NCBI GenBank assembly: GCA_030054275.1
Contig: JASGCF010000001.1
Span: forward strand, 1-38,525
Source: Limnohabitans sp.
GTDB taxonomy: Bacteria; Planctomycetota; Phycisphaerae; Phycisphaerales; SM1A02
Direction: 5' to 3'
Length of the DNA: 38,525 nt
Both the position numbers and the translations under genes were made by a program. Numbering within the stretch: position 1 is the stretch's first letter; every line of letters starts with the position of its first letter. The notes beneath the pieces are model-generated. The model made no database searches. It was not told where the DNA came from and was given only the letters and a program-made list of their open reading frames with translations. Positions 1 to 7,967 of the stretch are shown in pieces.

Positions 1-691
1 CTTCCATGAGCGATTTGGTCAGACTTTCGCCGCCATTTCCGCCCGCATTTCCCGATGCTTCACGCGTTGCCTGCTGCCTCGCCAACACCTCGCGCTCGAC
101 CTCATCTGGCGGCTCCTCGATCAGGAAGCCTGGGCAATGCGTGTGTCCAACAAGCGCGCTCGCAGGTCGCTTGTTCCCTGCGCTATCCGCAAGTTCAAGC
201 AATCGGAAATTGCGATTGAGTTTGCGCGCTGGCGGGTGAATGTCCTCGCTGAAGAGGTACTCGTTCACCGGTGCAGCCGGAGACGCGTGCACGCAGATAT
301 AGCGGTCAAGCAGAATGTGGCGCGGCGAGATACCGAAAAGGAAATCATCGCGCAGACGCTGTTCTGCAAGCAACGCCTCTCGGCTCGCGCCCGCTTCAAC
401 TTGGCGCTTGATCCAATTGGTCTTGATCTCATCGCGCGTCCAGAACGCAGCCAAGCGCGCAGACTTGTTGAAGTTCGTCGGTTCGTACAGCGCAGCGAAG
501 TCGTGATTTCCAAGAAGCGACCACTCGCAGTGCTTGCGCACAAGGTCGATGCACTCGACTGGATCTGGTCCGTAGCCAATCACATCGCCAAGACAGATCA
601 TCTTGTCGTAGCCACGCGACGCAGCGTGCTCGAGGACAGCCTCGAACGCCGCGAGATTGGCATGAATGTCGCTCACGATGGCAATGCGCAC
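1..691 (-). CDS. Metallophosphoesterase (calcineurin-like, YfcE/MJ0936-type); 3' end runs off the window
   Basis: Hand translation of the minus strand from GTG at 691 gives VRIAIVSDIHANLAAFEAVLEH..MICLGDVIGYGPDP..LLGNHDF..VGHTHCPG. The DxH, GD, GNHD and GHTH metal-binding motifs are in canonical order. The frame stays open to position 1, so no stop lies in the window and the ORF is missing from the track. Confidence 0.8.
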   Translation of the reverse strand, partial: MRIAIVSDIHANLAAFEAVLEHAASRGYDKMICLGDVIGYGPDPVECIDLVRKHCEWSLLGNHDFAALYEPTNFNKSARLAAFWTRDEIKTNWIKRQVEAGASREALLAEQRLRDDFLFGISPRHILLDRYICVHASPAAPVNEYLFSEDIHPPARKLNRNFRLLELADSAGNKRPASALVGHTHCPGFLIEEPPDEVEREVLARQQATREASGNAGGNGGESLTKSLME

Positions 692-755
692 GCTCGTTCC
701 ACCTCGCTCCGCGGACTAGCGCCACGGGAGCGAGATCGTATCAAGTTGAGGCGTG

Positions 756-2321
756 TCAACACCGTCGAAGGCGCTCTTTGAGAGGGCGGAGCAATGCGTC
801 GATTGACGCGCGGGAGATTGGTTTTGGTAGGAAGAACCCCTGCCAGATCCGCGAAACCTCACTCGCGGGCCGTGCGCTCGACAGCACAACGATCGGAGCG
901 ACCGGAGCGTGATGGTTCGTATGGTGGGGGCCGAGCGCCAGTTCGTTCGCCAGATCGAGTCCTGAACCGTCGCCAAGTTCAAGATCAGTGATCACCATGT
1001 CGAACGCGAGATTGGTGCCGAGGTTCGATTTCAAAGTCTGGCGCGCTTCGCGCAAACTGGCTGCGCATGTGACGCTCGCTCCGGCGTGTCGCAAGTGATG
1101 CGCCAAGAGTCGCCCCGCATCGAGGGCGTCGTCCACGAGCAAAACACGCAATGTTTCCGCAGTGATGCCCTCGGTGGGGTCGGCAAGAGACTGGGTGTGA
1201 GACTGGTTGTGAGACTGGGTGTGAGCGCTCGATCGTCCGTCCGACACAGCGGTTTCGGTGTCGCGCAAGACGGTGCGTGTGACGGGAATCTCAAGCGTGA
1301 ATCGCGCGCCACCTTCTGCGCGATTCGCGACGCGCGCATGACCGCCAAGAAGTCGCGCGCATCGCTCTACGATGGCCAGTCCCAGTCCAACCCCGCCCTT
1401 CGAGCGGAGTCCCGCGTCACCCTGCGTAAATGGCTCAAAAATCCGCGGTAAAAGCGCCGCTTCGATGCCGGGTCCAGCATCGTCCACTGTGAGTTCCAAG
1501 ACGCACGGCTGGGCAGTCTCCTCATGAACTTCTACCTCATGAACTTCTGTGGCGAGAGCCGCGTTCGATTGCAGTGCCACACCGATCGTGATCGTGCCAT
1601 GCGAAGAAAATTTCACAGCGTTTCCGAGCAGATTGACCAGCGCCTGCGCGACTCGAGTTGCATCGGTTGAGATGGTGGTTGCCGCGAGTGCTCCTGCGCT
1701 GTTGCCGCGCTCGGCCCACACGAGATCGATGGTGAGACCCTTCGCCTGCGCTTGTGCTGCAATCACGGCGGTGGCGTTTGACAACAGTTCCCCAAGCGTC
1801 ACTTGCGCCAATTCCACGCGCCACGCGCCAGCGTCTGAGCGAATCAATTCGAAGAGATCGTGAATCAGCGCAAGGCCATGACCGCAGGTTCGGCGCATGT
1901 CCTGCGCTGCGACTTGAATGGCCTGCTCGGTTCCAAGGCGCTGCGCCTCGCCCATGCGCGCGGTTGACTCCATCTCCATCAGTTGCAGCCCAGCGTCGAG
2001 CGACACCAGTGGCGCGCGCAGGTCATGACCAAGAGCATGCAGAAATGTGGCCAAGGTCGTTCGCGCACGCTCCGCCTTATCGCGGGCATCCACCAATTGC
2101 TGTTGTTGCGCAGCGAGCGCTGCTCGTGCCGCCTCAAGTTCTCGGACGAGTTGTGTCTTCTCGGAAAGAGCCCAAGTGAGTCGGTCGACGAGTTTGTCGA
2201 CCTTCCCAGCATCGAAGTAGACATTCGACCACGCGCTCGGTGTGTCAGGCGCGGGTTCAGGTGGAGAGGAAGCGCTGGTCCATGGATCGGGCGCTGGCAA
2301 AAGGAACTCCGGCGGGGGCAC
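756..2321 (-). CDS. Hybrid sensor histidine kinase / response regulator (HisKA-HATPase-REC) with no recognisable sensor or TM domain
   Basis: H-box LHALGHDLRAPL, N-box LLGNAVKFS, DDAGPGI and GGVGLGLAIV, then a receiver domain LRVLLVDD..DMVITDLELGDGSG. The 690-aa track ORF runs antisense into lpdA, so I trimmed the start to the in-frame GTG at 2321 (TTG at 2300 is an alternative). Only a coiled-coil-like segment precedes the H-box. Confidence 0.85.
   Translation of the reverse strand: MPPPEFLLPAPDPWTSASSPPEPAPDTPSAWSNVYFDAGKVDKLVDRLTWALSEKTQLVRELEAARAALAAQQQQLVDARDKAERARTTLATFLHALGHDLRAPLVSLDAGLQLMEMESTARMGEAQRLGTEQAIQVAAQDMRRTCGHGLALIHDLFELIRSDAGAWRVELAQVTLGELLSNATAVIAAQAQAKGLTIDLVWAERGNSAGALAATTISTDATRVAQALVNLLGNAVKFSSHGTITIGVALQSNAALATEVHEVEVHEETAQPCVLELTVDDAGPGIEAALLPRIFEPFTQGDAGLRSKGGVGLGLAIVERCARLLGGHARVANRAEGGARFTLEIPVTRTVLRDTETAVSDGRSSAHTQSHNQSHTQSLADPTEGITAETLRVLLVDDALDAGRLLAHHLRHAGASVTCAASLREARQTLKSNLGTNLAFDMVITDLELGDGSGLDLANELALGPHHTNHHAPVAPIVVLSSARPASEVSRIWQGFFLPKPISRASIDALLRPLKERLRRC
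1189..1224. repeat. 12-bp tandem repeat x3 (GACTGG[G/T]TGTGA) inside the kinase-receiver linker
   Basis: Direct reading. It encodes SHTQSHNQSHTQS on the minus strand, in frame. Confidence 0.9.
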
Positions 2322-2474
2322 CGTCCCGCCTCGCGAACATCGGCCTCGCCGTCTTGGGAGTTGAGTTCGGCTCGTGGGAAACGCCGCTATTCTCCCTGCC
2401 CCGAACGCGGGCCTGTGGCGCCGCGATCGAGACACGCCCCGCGCCGTGCGCGCGCAACGAATCGGAGATCCAAC

Positions 2475-3956
2475 ATGGCAGACACCAAGCACTACGACCT
2501 CATCGTCATCGGCGGCGGCCCCGGCGGCTATGTCGGAGCAATTCGCGCTGCGCAAATGGGTTTGAAGGTGTGCTGCATCGAGCGCGGCAAGCTTGGCGGC
2601 GTCTGCCTCAACTGGGGCTGCATTCCCACAAAGGCGCTGCTTCACAACGCAGAGCTCTACATGGAAGCGATTCGCCACGGTAAGGACTGGGGCTTTGACA
2701 TCGATCCAGCCGCTGTGAAGGTCGATTGGGCGAAGGTCATCGGCCGCTCGCGCGCGATCACCGGCACGCTGAACGGTGGTATCGCGTTCCTCTTCAAGAA
2801 GAACAAAGTCGATCATGTCGAAGGTCACGCGAAGATCGTGTCAGGCAAGACTTCGTCGGGTCCGTGCCGCGTGCAAGTTTCCAAGGCCGACGCCGACTAC
2901 TACCACGGCACCGGCGGTGAGAAAACGCAAGAAATCACGGCAGATCGCGTGATGATCGCAACAGGCGCGGCGCCAAACGAACTGCCGTTTGCAAAGTCTG
3001 ACGGTAAGACGATCCTCTCGAGTTACGACGCGCTCACGATTGCAGAGCAGCCCAAGTCGATGGTCATCATCGGCTCCGGCGCCATCGGCATGGAGTTCGC
3101 GTACTTCTTCAACGCGTTCGGTACGAAGGTGACCGTCGTCGAAATGCTCGACCGGATTTTGCCGAACGAGGATGAGGACATTTCCGCTGCAGCGCTGCGC
3201 GCGTTCACCAAGCAAGGCATGGAGTTCAAAGTGGGCACCATGACGACGGCCATCGAGAAGACCGCAAGCGGCGCCAAAGTGACGCTCGCGCAAGCAGCGG
3301 ATAAGACGAAGACCGAGACGATCGAGGCGCAGTGTGTACTGGTCGCGATCGGCGTGAAGGGCCGCTTTGAAGGCCTGTGCGATGAGAAGCTCGGGCTCAA
3401 AATCGAGAAGAACCACATTTGGACCGACTACAAGGACAAGAAGGAGCCGACCTATCAAACCTCGGTTCCTGGTGTCTATGCCATCGGCGATTGCATCGGT
3501 GCTCCGTGGCTCGCACATGTCTCGAGCGAAGAAGCCGTTGCCTGCGTGGAGCGCTTCATGGGTCATCACACGCTCGGTGTGGACTACGGCTCCATTCCAG
3601 GCTGCACCTACTGCAACCCGCAGATCGCGTCGGTCGGCATGACGGAGAAGCAGGCGAAGGAGAAGGGCCTGAAGTACAAGGTCGGCAAATACTCCTTCAA
3701 GGGCCACGGCAAGGCCATTGCCGTCGGCGCGACCGAGGGCATGGTGAAGGTGATCGTGAGCGAACCGTACGGAGAGATCCTTGGCGCGCACATCATCGGC
3801 GAGGACGCGTCGGAACTCATCGGCGAGATGGGTCTGGCACGCCGCGTCGAGGCGACAATCGAGGACATCATCTCGACCGTGCACGCGCACCCGACCATGC
3901 ATGAGGCGCTGCACGAAGCGGCGCTCGCGACGGAAAATCGCGCGATACATGCTTGA
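2475..3956 (+). CDS. lpdA: Dihydrolipoyl dehydrogenase (E3 component)
   Basis: MADTKHYDLIVIGGGPGGY (FAD GxGxxG), redox-active disulfide GGVCLNWGCIPTKALL, NAD fold VIIGSGAIGMEFA, and C-terminal VHAHPTMHEA. ATG at 2475 is in frame within the longer track ORF. Confidence 0.95.
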   Translation: MADTKHYDLIVIGGGPGGYVGAIRAAQMGLKVCCIERGKLGGVCLNWGCIPTKALLHNAELYMEAIRHGKDWGFDIDPAAVKVDWAKVIGRSRAITGTLNGGIAFLFKKNKVDHVEGHAKIVSGKTSSGPCRVQVSKADADYYHGTGGEKTQEITADRVMIATGAAPNELPFAKSDGKTILSSYDALTIAEQPKSMVIIGSGAIGMEFAYFFNAFGTKVTVVEMLDRILPNEDEDISAAALRAFTKQGMEFKVGTMTTAIEKTASGAKVTLAQAADKTKTETIEAQCVLVAIGVKGRFEGLCDEKLGLKIEKNHIWTDYKDKKEPTYQTSVPGVYAIGDCIGAPWLAHVSSEEAVACVERFMGHHTLGVDYGSIPGCTYCNPQIASVGMTEKQAKEKGLKYKVGKYSFKGHGKAIAVGATEGMVKVIVSEPYGEILGAHIIGEDASELIGEMGLARRVEATIEDIISTVHAHPTMHEALHEAALATENRAIHA

Positions 3957-3987
3957 GCGAGGTGGCTTGAGCGAGGTGGCTTGAGCG
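3951..3987. repeat. 14-bp tandem repeat GCTTGAGCGAGGTG x2.6 that contains the lpdA stop codon
   Basis: Direct reading. The first copy carries the lpdA TGA (3954-3956). Copies two and three repeat GCTTGA out of frame. Confidence 0.9.
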
Positions 3988-3996
3988 CTCGCAACT

Positions 3997-4042
3997 GGCG
4001 GGCTGTTGAAGCTTCGCTTCAAGTGCCCGCCTTTGCTCGCTT
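3997..4042 (+). terminator. Intrinsic-terminator-like hairpin downstream of lpdA
   Basis: GGCGGGC-TG-TTGAAGC-TTC-GCTTCAA-GT-GCCCGCC forms 7+7 bp with a 2-nt internal mismatch, followed by TTTGCTCGCTTT. Confidence 0.55.
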
Positions 4043-4050
4043 TGGCACGC

Positions 4051-4209
4051 CTCGCGGCGAGTGAATCGCCGCGGGCTGCGATGGGTTTTGCTTCGCAACC
4101 GGCGCTCCTTCGGAGCGCCGCGGAGAGCCGAGTCGACACATCCCCTGAGCACTGCCCACTCGGGCTCCGTCCTAGGGGCCAGTGGCACCCGATTGGCGCT
4201 GCCAATCGG
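4051..4209. other. Three further perfect stem-loops in the convergent spacer (4051-4075, 4100-4120, 4189-4209)
   Basis: CGCGGCGA-GTGAA-TCGCCGCG; CGGCGCTCC-TTC-GGAGCGCCG; CCGATTGGC-GCT-GCCAATCGG. All pairs were checked by hand. Confidence 0.7.
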
Positions 4210-4231
4210 AATTTGGTGCGATCACGCGCTC

Positions 4232-4260
4232 GCCGCCGACGGGCTCTGCCCGTCGGCGGC
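4232..4260 (-). terminator. 13-bp perfect hairpin about 70 nt downstream of the helicase stop; no U-tract
   Basis: GCCGCCGACGGGC-TCT-GCCCGTCGGCGGC. Its position fits a transcript-end structure for the minus-strand helicase, but neither side has a T-rich tail. Confidence 0.4.
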
Positions 4261-4328
4261 CACGCGGCGGTGCTGACTTGACGCACAAAATCGCACGCTT
4301 CGCCGAGCGCAGCGAGGCGGTCCTGAAC

Positions 4329-5774
4329 TCACCCGTCGCGGCGCTTGACACCCGTTCCGCGCTTCACATCTTTCGGAAGCGGCGTATTCGAAAGCGTGCC
4401 GCGCATCTGGCGCGAATCGCGCCGCGGAGCCTGCATTTTCCGCTTGCGCGCGGCTTCTTTCAGCCGCTTCGCCTTGTCCTTCTCCGCGCGTTCCTTGGCA
4501 TTGAAGGCCTCGATCACCTTGGCCTCCTCAAGTCGCGCGCGTGCCATGCGCACCCGATCTTGATCGCGCATGAAGTTCTCAACATCGTCGGGCACTTCGA
4601 TGGCATCCCACGAGGGCTGCGCAAGTTGCACCACCGACTCCCATCGCGCTCGCTCTTCGGGCGAAACGAATGTCACACTCGCGCCTTCACCGCCACCGTG
4701 TCCCGCACGACCAACGCGGTGAATCCACTCTTCTGGCGACATCGGAACATCGTAATTCACAACCAAGCGAATGCCGGGCACATGCAGGCCGCGCGCCGCC
4801 ACATCTGTTGCAACCAGCACGCGGCATCGTCCGTGGGCGAAACTCTCAAGCGCCTTTTCGCGTTGTAACTGCGAGCGATCGCCGTGCACCACCGCGGTCG
4901 AAACCTCGTGTCTGCGGAGCGCGCCAGCCACCCATCCGGTGCGTCGACGACTGCCGCAGTACACCACGATGCCGCGACGCAGATCTTCCTTGCCAAGAAG
5001 TGAAAGAAGCGCTGGCGTCTTGAGGTCTTCTTCAACCAACATGCGCTTGTGCGAGAGATGTACGGCGGCCGCATTACGCACGCCGACTTCGATTTTCTTC
5101 GGTTTCGCCAAGCGCTTGTGCACCAAGTCTTCGACTTCGCGTGGCAGCGTTGCCGAAAGCAGCCACTTCGCACGACCCTCCGGCGCGCGTGACAACACCC
5201 ATTCGACTTGCGGCAAGAATCCCATGTCAAGCATGCGATCTGCCTCGTCGCACACCACATACAAGAGATGCGCGAGCGTCATCGCATCAAGTTCGATAAG
5301 TTCACGCGCGCGTCCTGGTGTTGCGACCACAATGTCGACGCCCTTTGCGATGGCTTCGGCTTGCGGGGCAAGCGCAACCTTTCCGTAGGCAGCCACCACG
5401 CGTAAGAGCGACCCGCGCACGAGTGTGCGCAATTCTTCCGCAACCTGCTGCGCCAGTTCACGCGTCGGCACCAACACCAACGCGCGCAGTCGCGTTCGCG
5501 GATCGCGGCGCCGTCCGCCAGTTTCAACAGGCTTGTGTCGAAGCAGCATGTCCGCAAGCGGAATGCCATAGGCGAGCGTCTTGCCGGTACCTGTCGGCGC
5601 AAGGCCAATCAGATCGCGACTGCGGAATGGCGAGTCACCCTCTGGCTCAAGTGCTGCGGGAATGAACGACGACTGGATCGGCGTTGGCGCCGAGATACCC
5701 ATCTCAGAAATTCCGCGAAGTACCAGTCGATGAAGCGTGTTTGGAAATGCAGTCACGCGCGAAGTATCGCACAA
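4329..5774 (-). CDS. DEAD-box ATP-dependent RNA helicase with a basic C-terminal tail
   Basis: Q-motif GISAPTPIQ, motif I APTGTGKT, Ia PTRELA, II DEAD (VVCDEADRM), III SAT, V/VI VATDVAARGL and HRVGRAGHGG. The C-terminus is Lys/Arg-rich. The track start is TTG at 5774; GTG at 5756 is an alternative. Confidence 0.93.
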   Translation of the reverse strand: MCDTSRVTAFPNTLHRLVLRGISEMGISAPTPIQSSFIPAALEPEGDSPFRSRDLIGLAPTGTGKTLAYGIPLADMLLRHKPVETGGRRRDPRTRLRALVLVPTRELAQQVAEELRTLVRGSLLRVVAAYGKVALAPQAEAIAKGVDIVVATPGRARELIELDAMTLAHLLYVVCDEADRMLDMGFLPQVEWVLSRAPEGRAKWLLSATLPREVEDLVHKRLAKPKKIEVGVRNAAAVHLSHKRMLVEEDLKTPALLSLLGKEDLRRGIVVYCGSRRRTGWVAGALRRHEVSTAVVHGDRSQLQREKALESFAHGRCRVLVATDVAARGLHVPGIRLVVNYDVPMSPEEWIHRVGRAGHGGGEGASVTFVSPEERARWESVVQLAQPSWDAIEVPDDVENFMRDQDRVRMARARLEEAKVIEAFNAKERAEKDKAKRLKEAARKRKMQAPRRDSRQMRGTLSNTPLPKDVKRGTGVKRRDG

Positions 5775-6394
5775 TGCTCGATATGCAGAAGCCTCTCCAT
5801 ACGGCGATTGCGTCGCTTGTCATTGGCCTCCTCACGACGGTGGCGATGACGGTGGTGCCACTTCTGCGCGCAGATCGCGGCCACGGCGCCCAAATCACGC
5901 AGATCTATCGCGGCGAGTGGGGCTGGTATCGCGCCACCGATCACGCGTTCGGACTCGACTGGTCAAACCTCGGGCTCATGCAAACAACGCTGACAAGTCC
6001 GCTCTTCGATGGCGACATTCCCGCATGGGCAGAGCCGCCGCAGCCGCCGTACCCGAAGGTCCCGTACTTCCGTGTGGGAACACTCGCAGCAGGATGGCCG
6101 CTGCGAACAGTGGCCTTTCGATGGATGGTGTCCGATCCGAAACAGCGGTTTCCCATCGCGGCAGAAGTCGATGACCAAGACACCAGCCTCGGTTTTGCGG
6201 CGGAAAATGTGCTGGAAGGATCGCGCGGCGGATTTCCGCATGAACGACGGATTTTGTGGCAAGGGATCGCGGTCAACGCGGCCATCTACGCCGGAAGTGC
6301 CTTTGTGACGATCTTCGTCGCAACTTTGTTGATGAGAGTCTTCCGGTCGCGTGCAGGTGTGCAGTCGAAGCGCACGAACTCACTCGGCGGGTAA
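5774..6394 (+). CDS. Hypothetical membrane protein (N- and C-terminal TM segments)
   Basis: ATG at 5774 (MLDMQKPLHTAIASLVIGLLTTVAMTVVPLL) and a C-terminal hydrophobic helix GIAVNAAIYAGSAFVTIFVATLLM. No family recognised. The upstream part of the track ORF overlaps the helicase 5' end. Confidence 0.5.
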   Translation: MLDMQKPLHTAIASLVIGLLTTVAMTVVPLLRADRGHGAQITQIYRGEWGWYRATDHAFGLDWSNLGLMQTTLTSPLFDGDIPAWAEPPQPPYPKVPYFRVGTLAAGWPLRTVAFRWMVSDPKQRFPIAAEVDDQDTSLGFAAENVLEGSRGGFPHERRILWQGIAVNAAIYAGSAFVTIFVATLLMRVFRSRAGVQSKRTNSLGG

Positions 6395-6664
6395 CAGCGG
6401 CAACAACACTTGCACCAACAGAAAGAGCGCGAGAGCGAGCCCGATCATTCCACCCACGATTTGCGCGGCCAACACCACTGCATCGCGAGGAAGCGTGCGA
6501 AGATCGCGCACGCGCGTTGCTTTGTAACTCAGCGCAACTCCAAGCGAGAGCGGCACCAACAGGAACCACCACCATCGATCCACAGCAGGCGCTGGTTGTA
6601 GAAATGGCGTCCACGCGAGAAGCGACGAAACCGCAGCGGAACTTGCCGTCGATAGGTGATTCAC
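6380..6664 (-). CDS. Small hypothetical membrane protein (94 aa)
   Basis: Two hydrophobic segments (WWWFLLVPLSLGVALS; VVLAAQIVGGMIGLALALFLLVQVLLPLL). The GTG start overlaps the upstream stop as GTGA, which suggests translational coupling. Confidence 0.45.
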   Translation of the reverse strand: MNHLSTASSAAVSSLLAWTPFLQPAPAVDRWWWFLLVPLSLGVALSYKATRVRDLRTLPRDAVVLAAQIVGGMIGLALALFLLVQVLLPLLPAE

Positions 6665-7182
6665 GCTGCACCCCCAGAGAGACCCGCATCACCAACGCGT
6701 CGCCCAGAGGTCACCGTGTCGCTGCGTGGGACGCGCACCAACGCGTCGAGCACCACACATGCATTCATGAGTCCTGCGAGGAAGACGAGGAAGGTTCCGA
6801 AGTCGTTTGCGTGCGCGAGACCTTTGAATGCGCTGGCCTTTGGTTGTGGGTCGAGCACCGACGGCGGAAGCGGAATCATGGGTGCGGCAGAACCAGATTT
6901 GAGCAGCGCTTCATTCGCGTAACTCGTCGCAAACGCGATCGGACCGCATGCGGCTTGCCCGATGAACCAAAGCCGATCTTCTTTCTGATCCACGCAGTCG
7001 ATCCCACCAACCAAGACGCCCGATACGAAGAGCAGCAGTACGCCTGCCATGGCCCAAAGCCCACGAAGCACATTGCCGGTGGTGATGTGGCCGAGCCCTG
7101 GAAAGATCCAGCCGAGCACCGCAGCGACGGGTTGAAACGAGGTTTGGGTGGATTGGTCGGTCGGGGTCGGCACGAGGTTCAC
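6661..7182 (-). CDS. Hypothetical multi-pass membrane protein
   Basis: VAAVLGWIFPGLGHITTGNVLRGLWAMAGVLLLFVSGVLVGG plus further hydrophobic helices. The start is trimmed to GTG at 7182 (7188 is an alternative) because the upstream part of the track ORF lies in an 11-bp-period polypyrimidine repeat that is unlikely to be coding. Confidence 0.5.
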   Translation of the reverse strand: MNLVPTPTDQSTQTSFQPVAAVLGWIFPGLGHITTGNVLRGLWAMAGVLLLFVSGVLVGGIDCVDQKEDRLWFIGQAACGPIAFATSYANEALLKSGSAAPMIPLPPSVLDPQPKASAFKGLAHANDFGTFLVFLAGLMNACVVLDALVRVPRSDTVTSGRRVGDAGLSGGAA

Positions 7183-7185
7183 GCC

Positions 7186-7256
7186 CACAGGAGAAGAACG
7201 GGGAGGTACGGGAGGAGACGAGAAGAGAACGAGAAGAGAACGGGAAGAGAACGGGT
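7186..7256. repeat. Roughly 70-nt polypurine (plus strand) tract containing an 11-bp tandem repeat (G[A/G]GAAGAGAAC x3, 7220-7252)
   Basis: Direct reading: GGAGAAGAACGGGGAGGTACGGGAGGAGACGAGAAGAGAACGAGAAGAGAACGGGAAGAGAACGGG. Confidence 0.85.
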
Positions 7257-7461
7257 TCAGAGCGCAAGAAGTGGCCTGTCCCGCAGCATTCGGGATTTGG
7301 ATGGATACATCCGAAGTGGCCCGTTTCGCTGAAGTGACCCGCTTTCTCGGTCGATGGCCGACAGTGTAGCGGTCGTGCACGGGCGCGCCCGCCACTTGAG
7401 CAAGCGCTCAAAGGCACCCTTTCTGCCGAACCCTCCCAGAATTTCCAACCTGGATCTTGCC

Positions 7462-7929
7462 ATGACCAATCGCCGCGACGACTCCTATCCAGCCCCTGCA
7501 TCAGACGCGACCCCGAGCGCGGACATGCTGCATGCCATCGACGCGCGCTCCGGCAGCGTGGTCGATCGTCGCAGCGGTATCGACCGCCGCCGCTGCGAGA
7601 CGCAAGATCCAACCAATCTCGAACGCCGTCGCGGGCCAGGGCGCCGCCTCAGCGACTTCCTCCGCGAGGCGGAAGAAGGCGAAATGAACCGCGAGCAGTT
7701 CATGTTTGTCATGGCGATCGACGCCTTCAAGCGCGTCAATGGCAAGACATTCCCAGCGTGGACAGATGTGCTCGAGATCGTTCGCAAACTTGGCTATCGC
7801 AAGACCATGCCGAGCGAACTCAACTTGGGCGGCCGAGCCGAGGATTGGCGGGAACGCGCAGATGCACCGGCAAAAACCACCCACGCCGAAGATCTCGATG
7901 GTCGCGATGGCGGTCGACGCGCTGCGTAA
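7462..7929 (+). CDS. Hypothetical protein with an Arg-rich N-terminal region and a conserved-looking C-terminal core
   Basis: ATG at 7462 (MTNRRDD..). DRRSGIDRRR and ERRRGPGRR motifs are followed by EMNREQFMFVMAIDAFKRVNGKTFPAWTDVLEIVRKLGYRK. No family assigned. Confidence 0.55.
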   Translation: MTNRRDDSYPAPASDATPSADMLHAIDARSGSVVDRRSGIDRRRCETQDPTNLERRRGPGRRLSDFLREAEEGEMNREQFMFVMAIDAFKRVNGKTFPAWTDVLEIVRKLGYRKTMPSELNLGGRAEDWRERADAPAKTTHAEDLDGRDGGRRAA

Positions 7930-7967
7930 GAGCCACCCGTTGTCGTTCGTGGATGCAGGCGGCGCAC

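Noticed and set aside
2322-2828. N-terminal 169-codon extension of the histidine kinase ORF
   Set aside because: It runs antisense through the lpdA start and its promoter region, and the translation has no domain features. An in-frame GTG at 2321 gives a sensible divergent arrangement.
4006-4281. 91-aa plus-strand ORF in the lpdA/helicase spacer
   Set aside because: It is composed almost entirely of the arms of the five hairpins. It has no SD or motif support and is better explained as structured non-coding DNA.
2841-4286. 481-aa minus-strand ORF covering lpdA and the spacer
   Set aside because: It is antisense to a gene with unambiguous lpdA motifs. The translation is Arg/Ala/Leu-rich and low in complexity with no motifs, a typical GC-driven shadow ORF. 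The same reasoning applies to 16222-17439(+), 14487-15506(+), 18299-19260(+), 6256-7332(+), 34703-35779(-), 35223-35972(+), 26927-27924(+) and 37326-38525(+).
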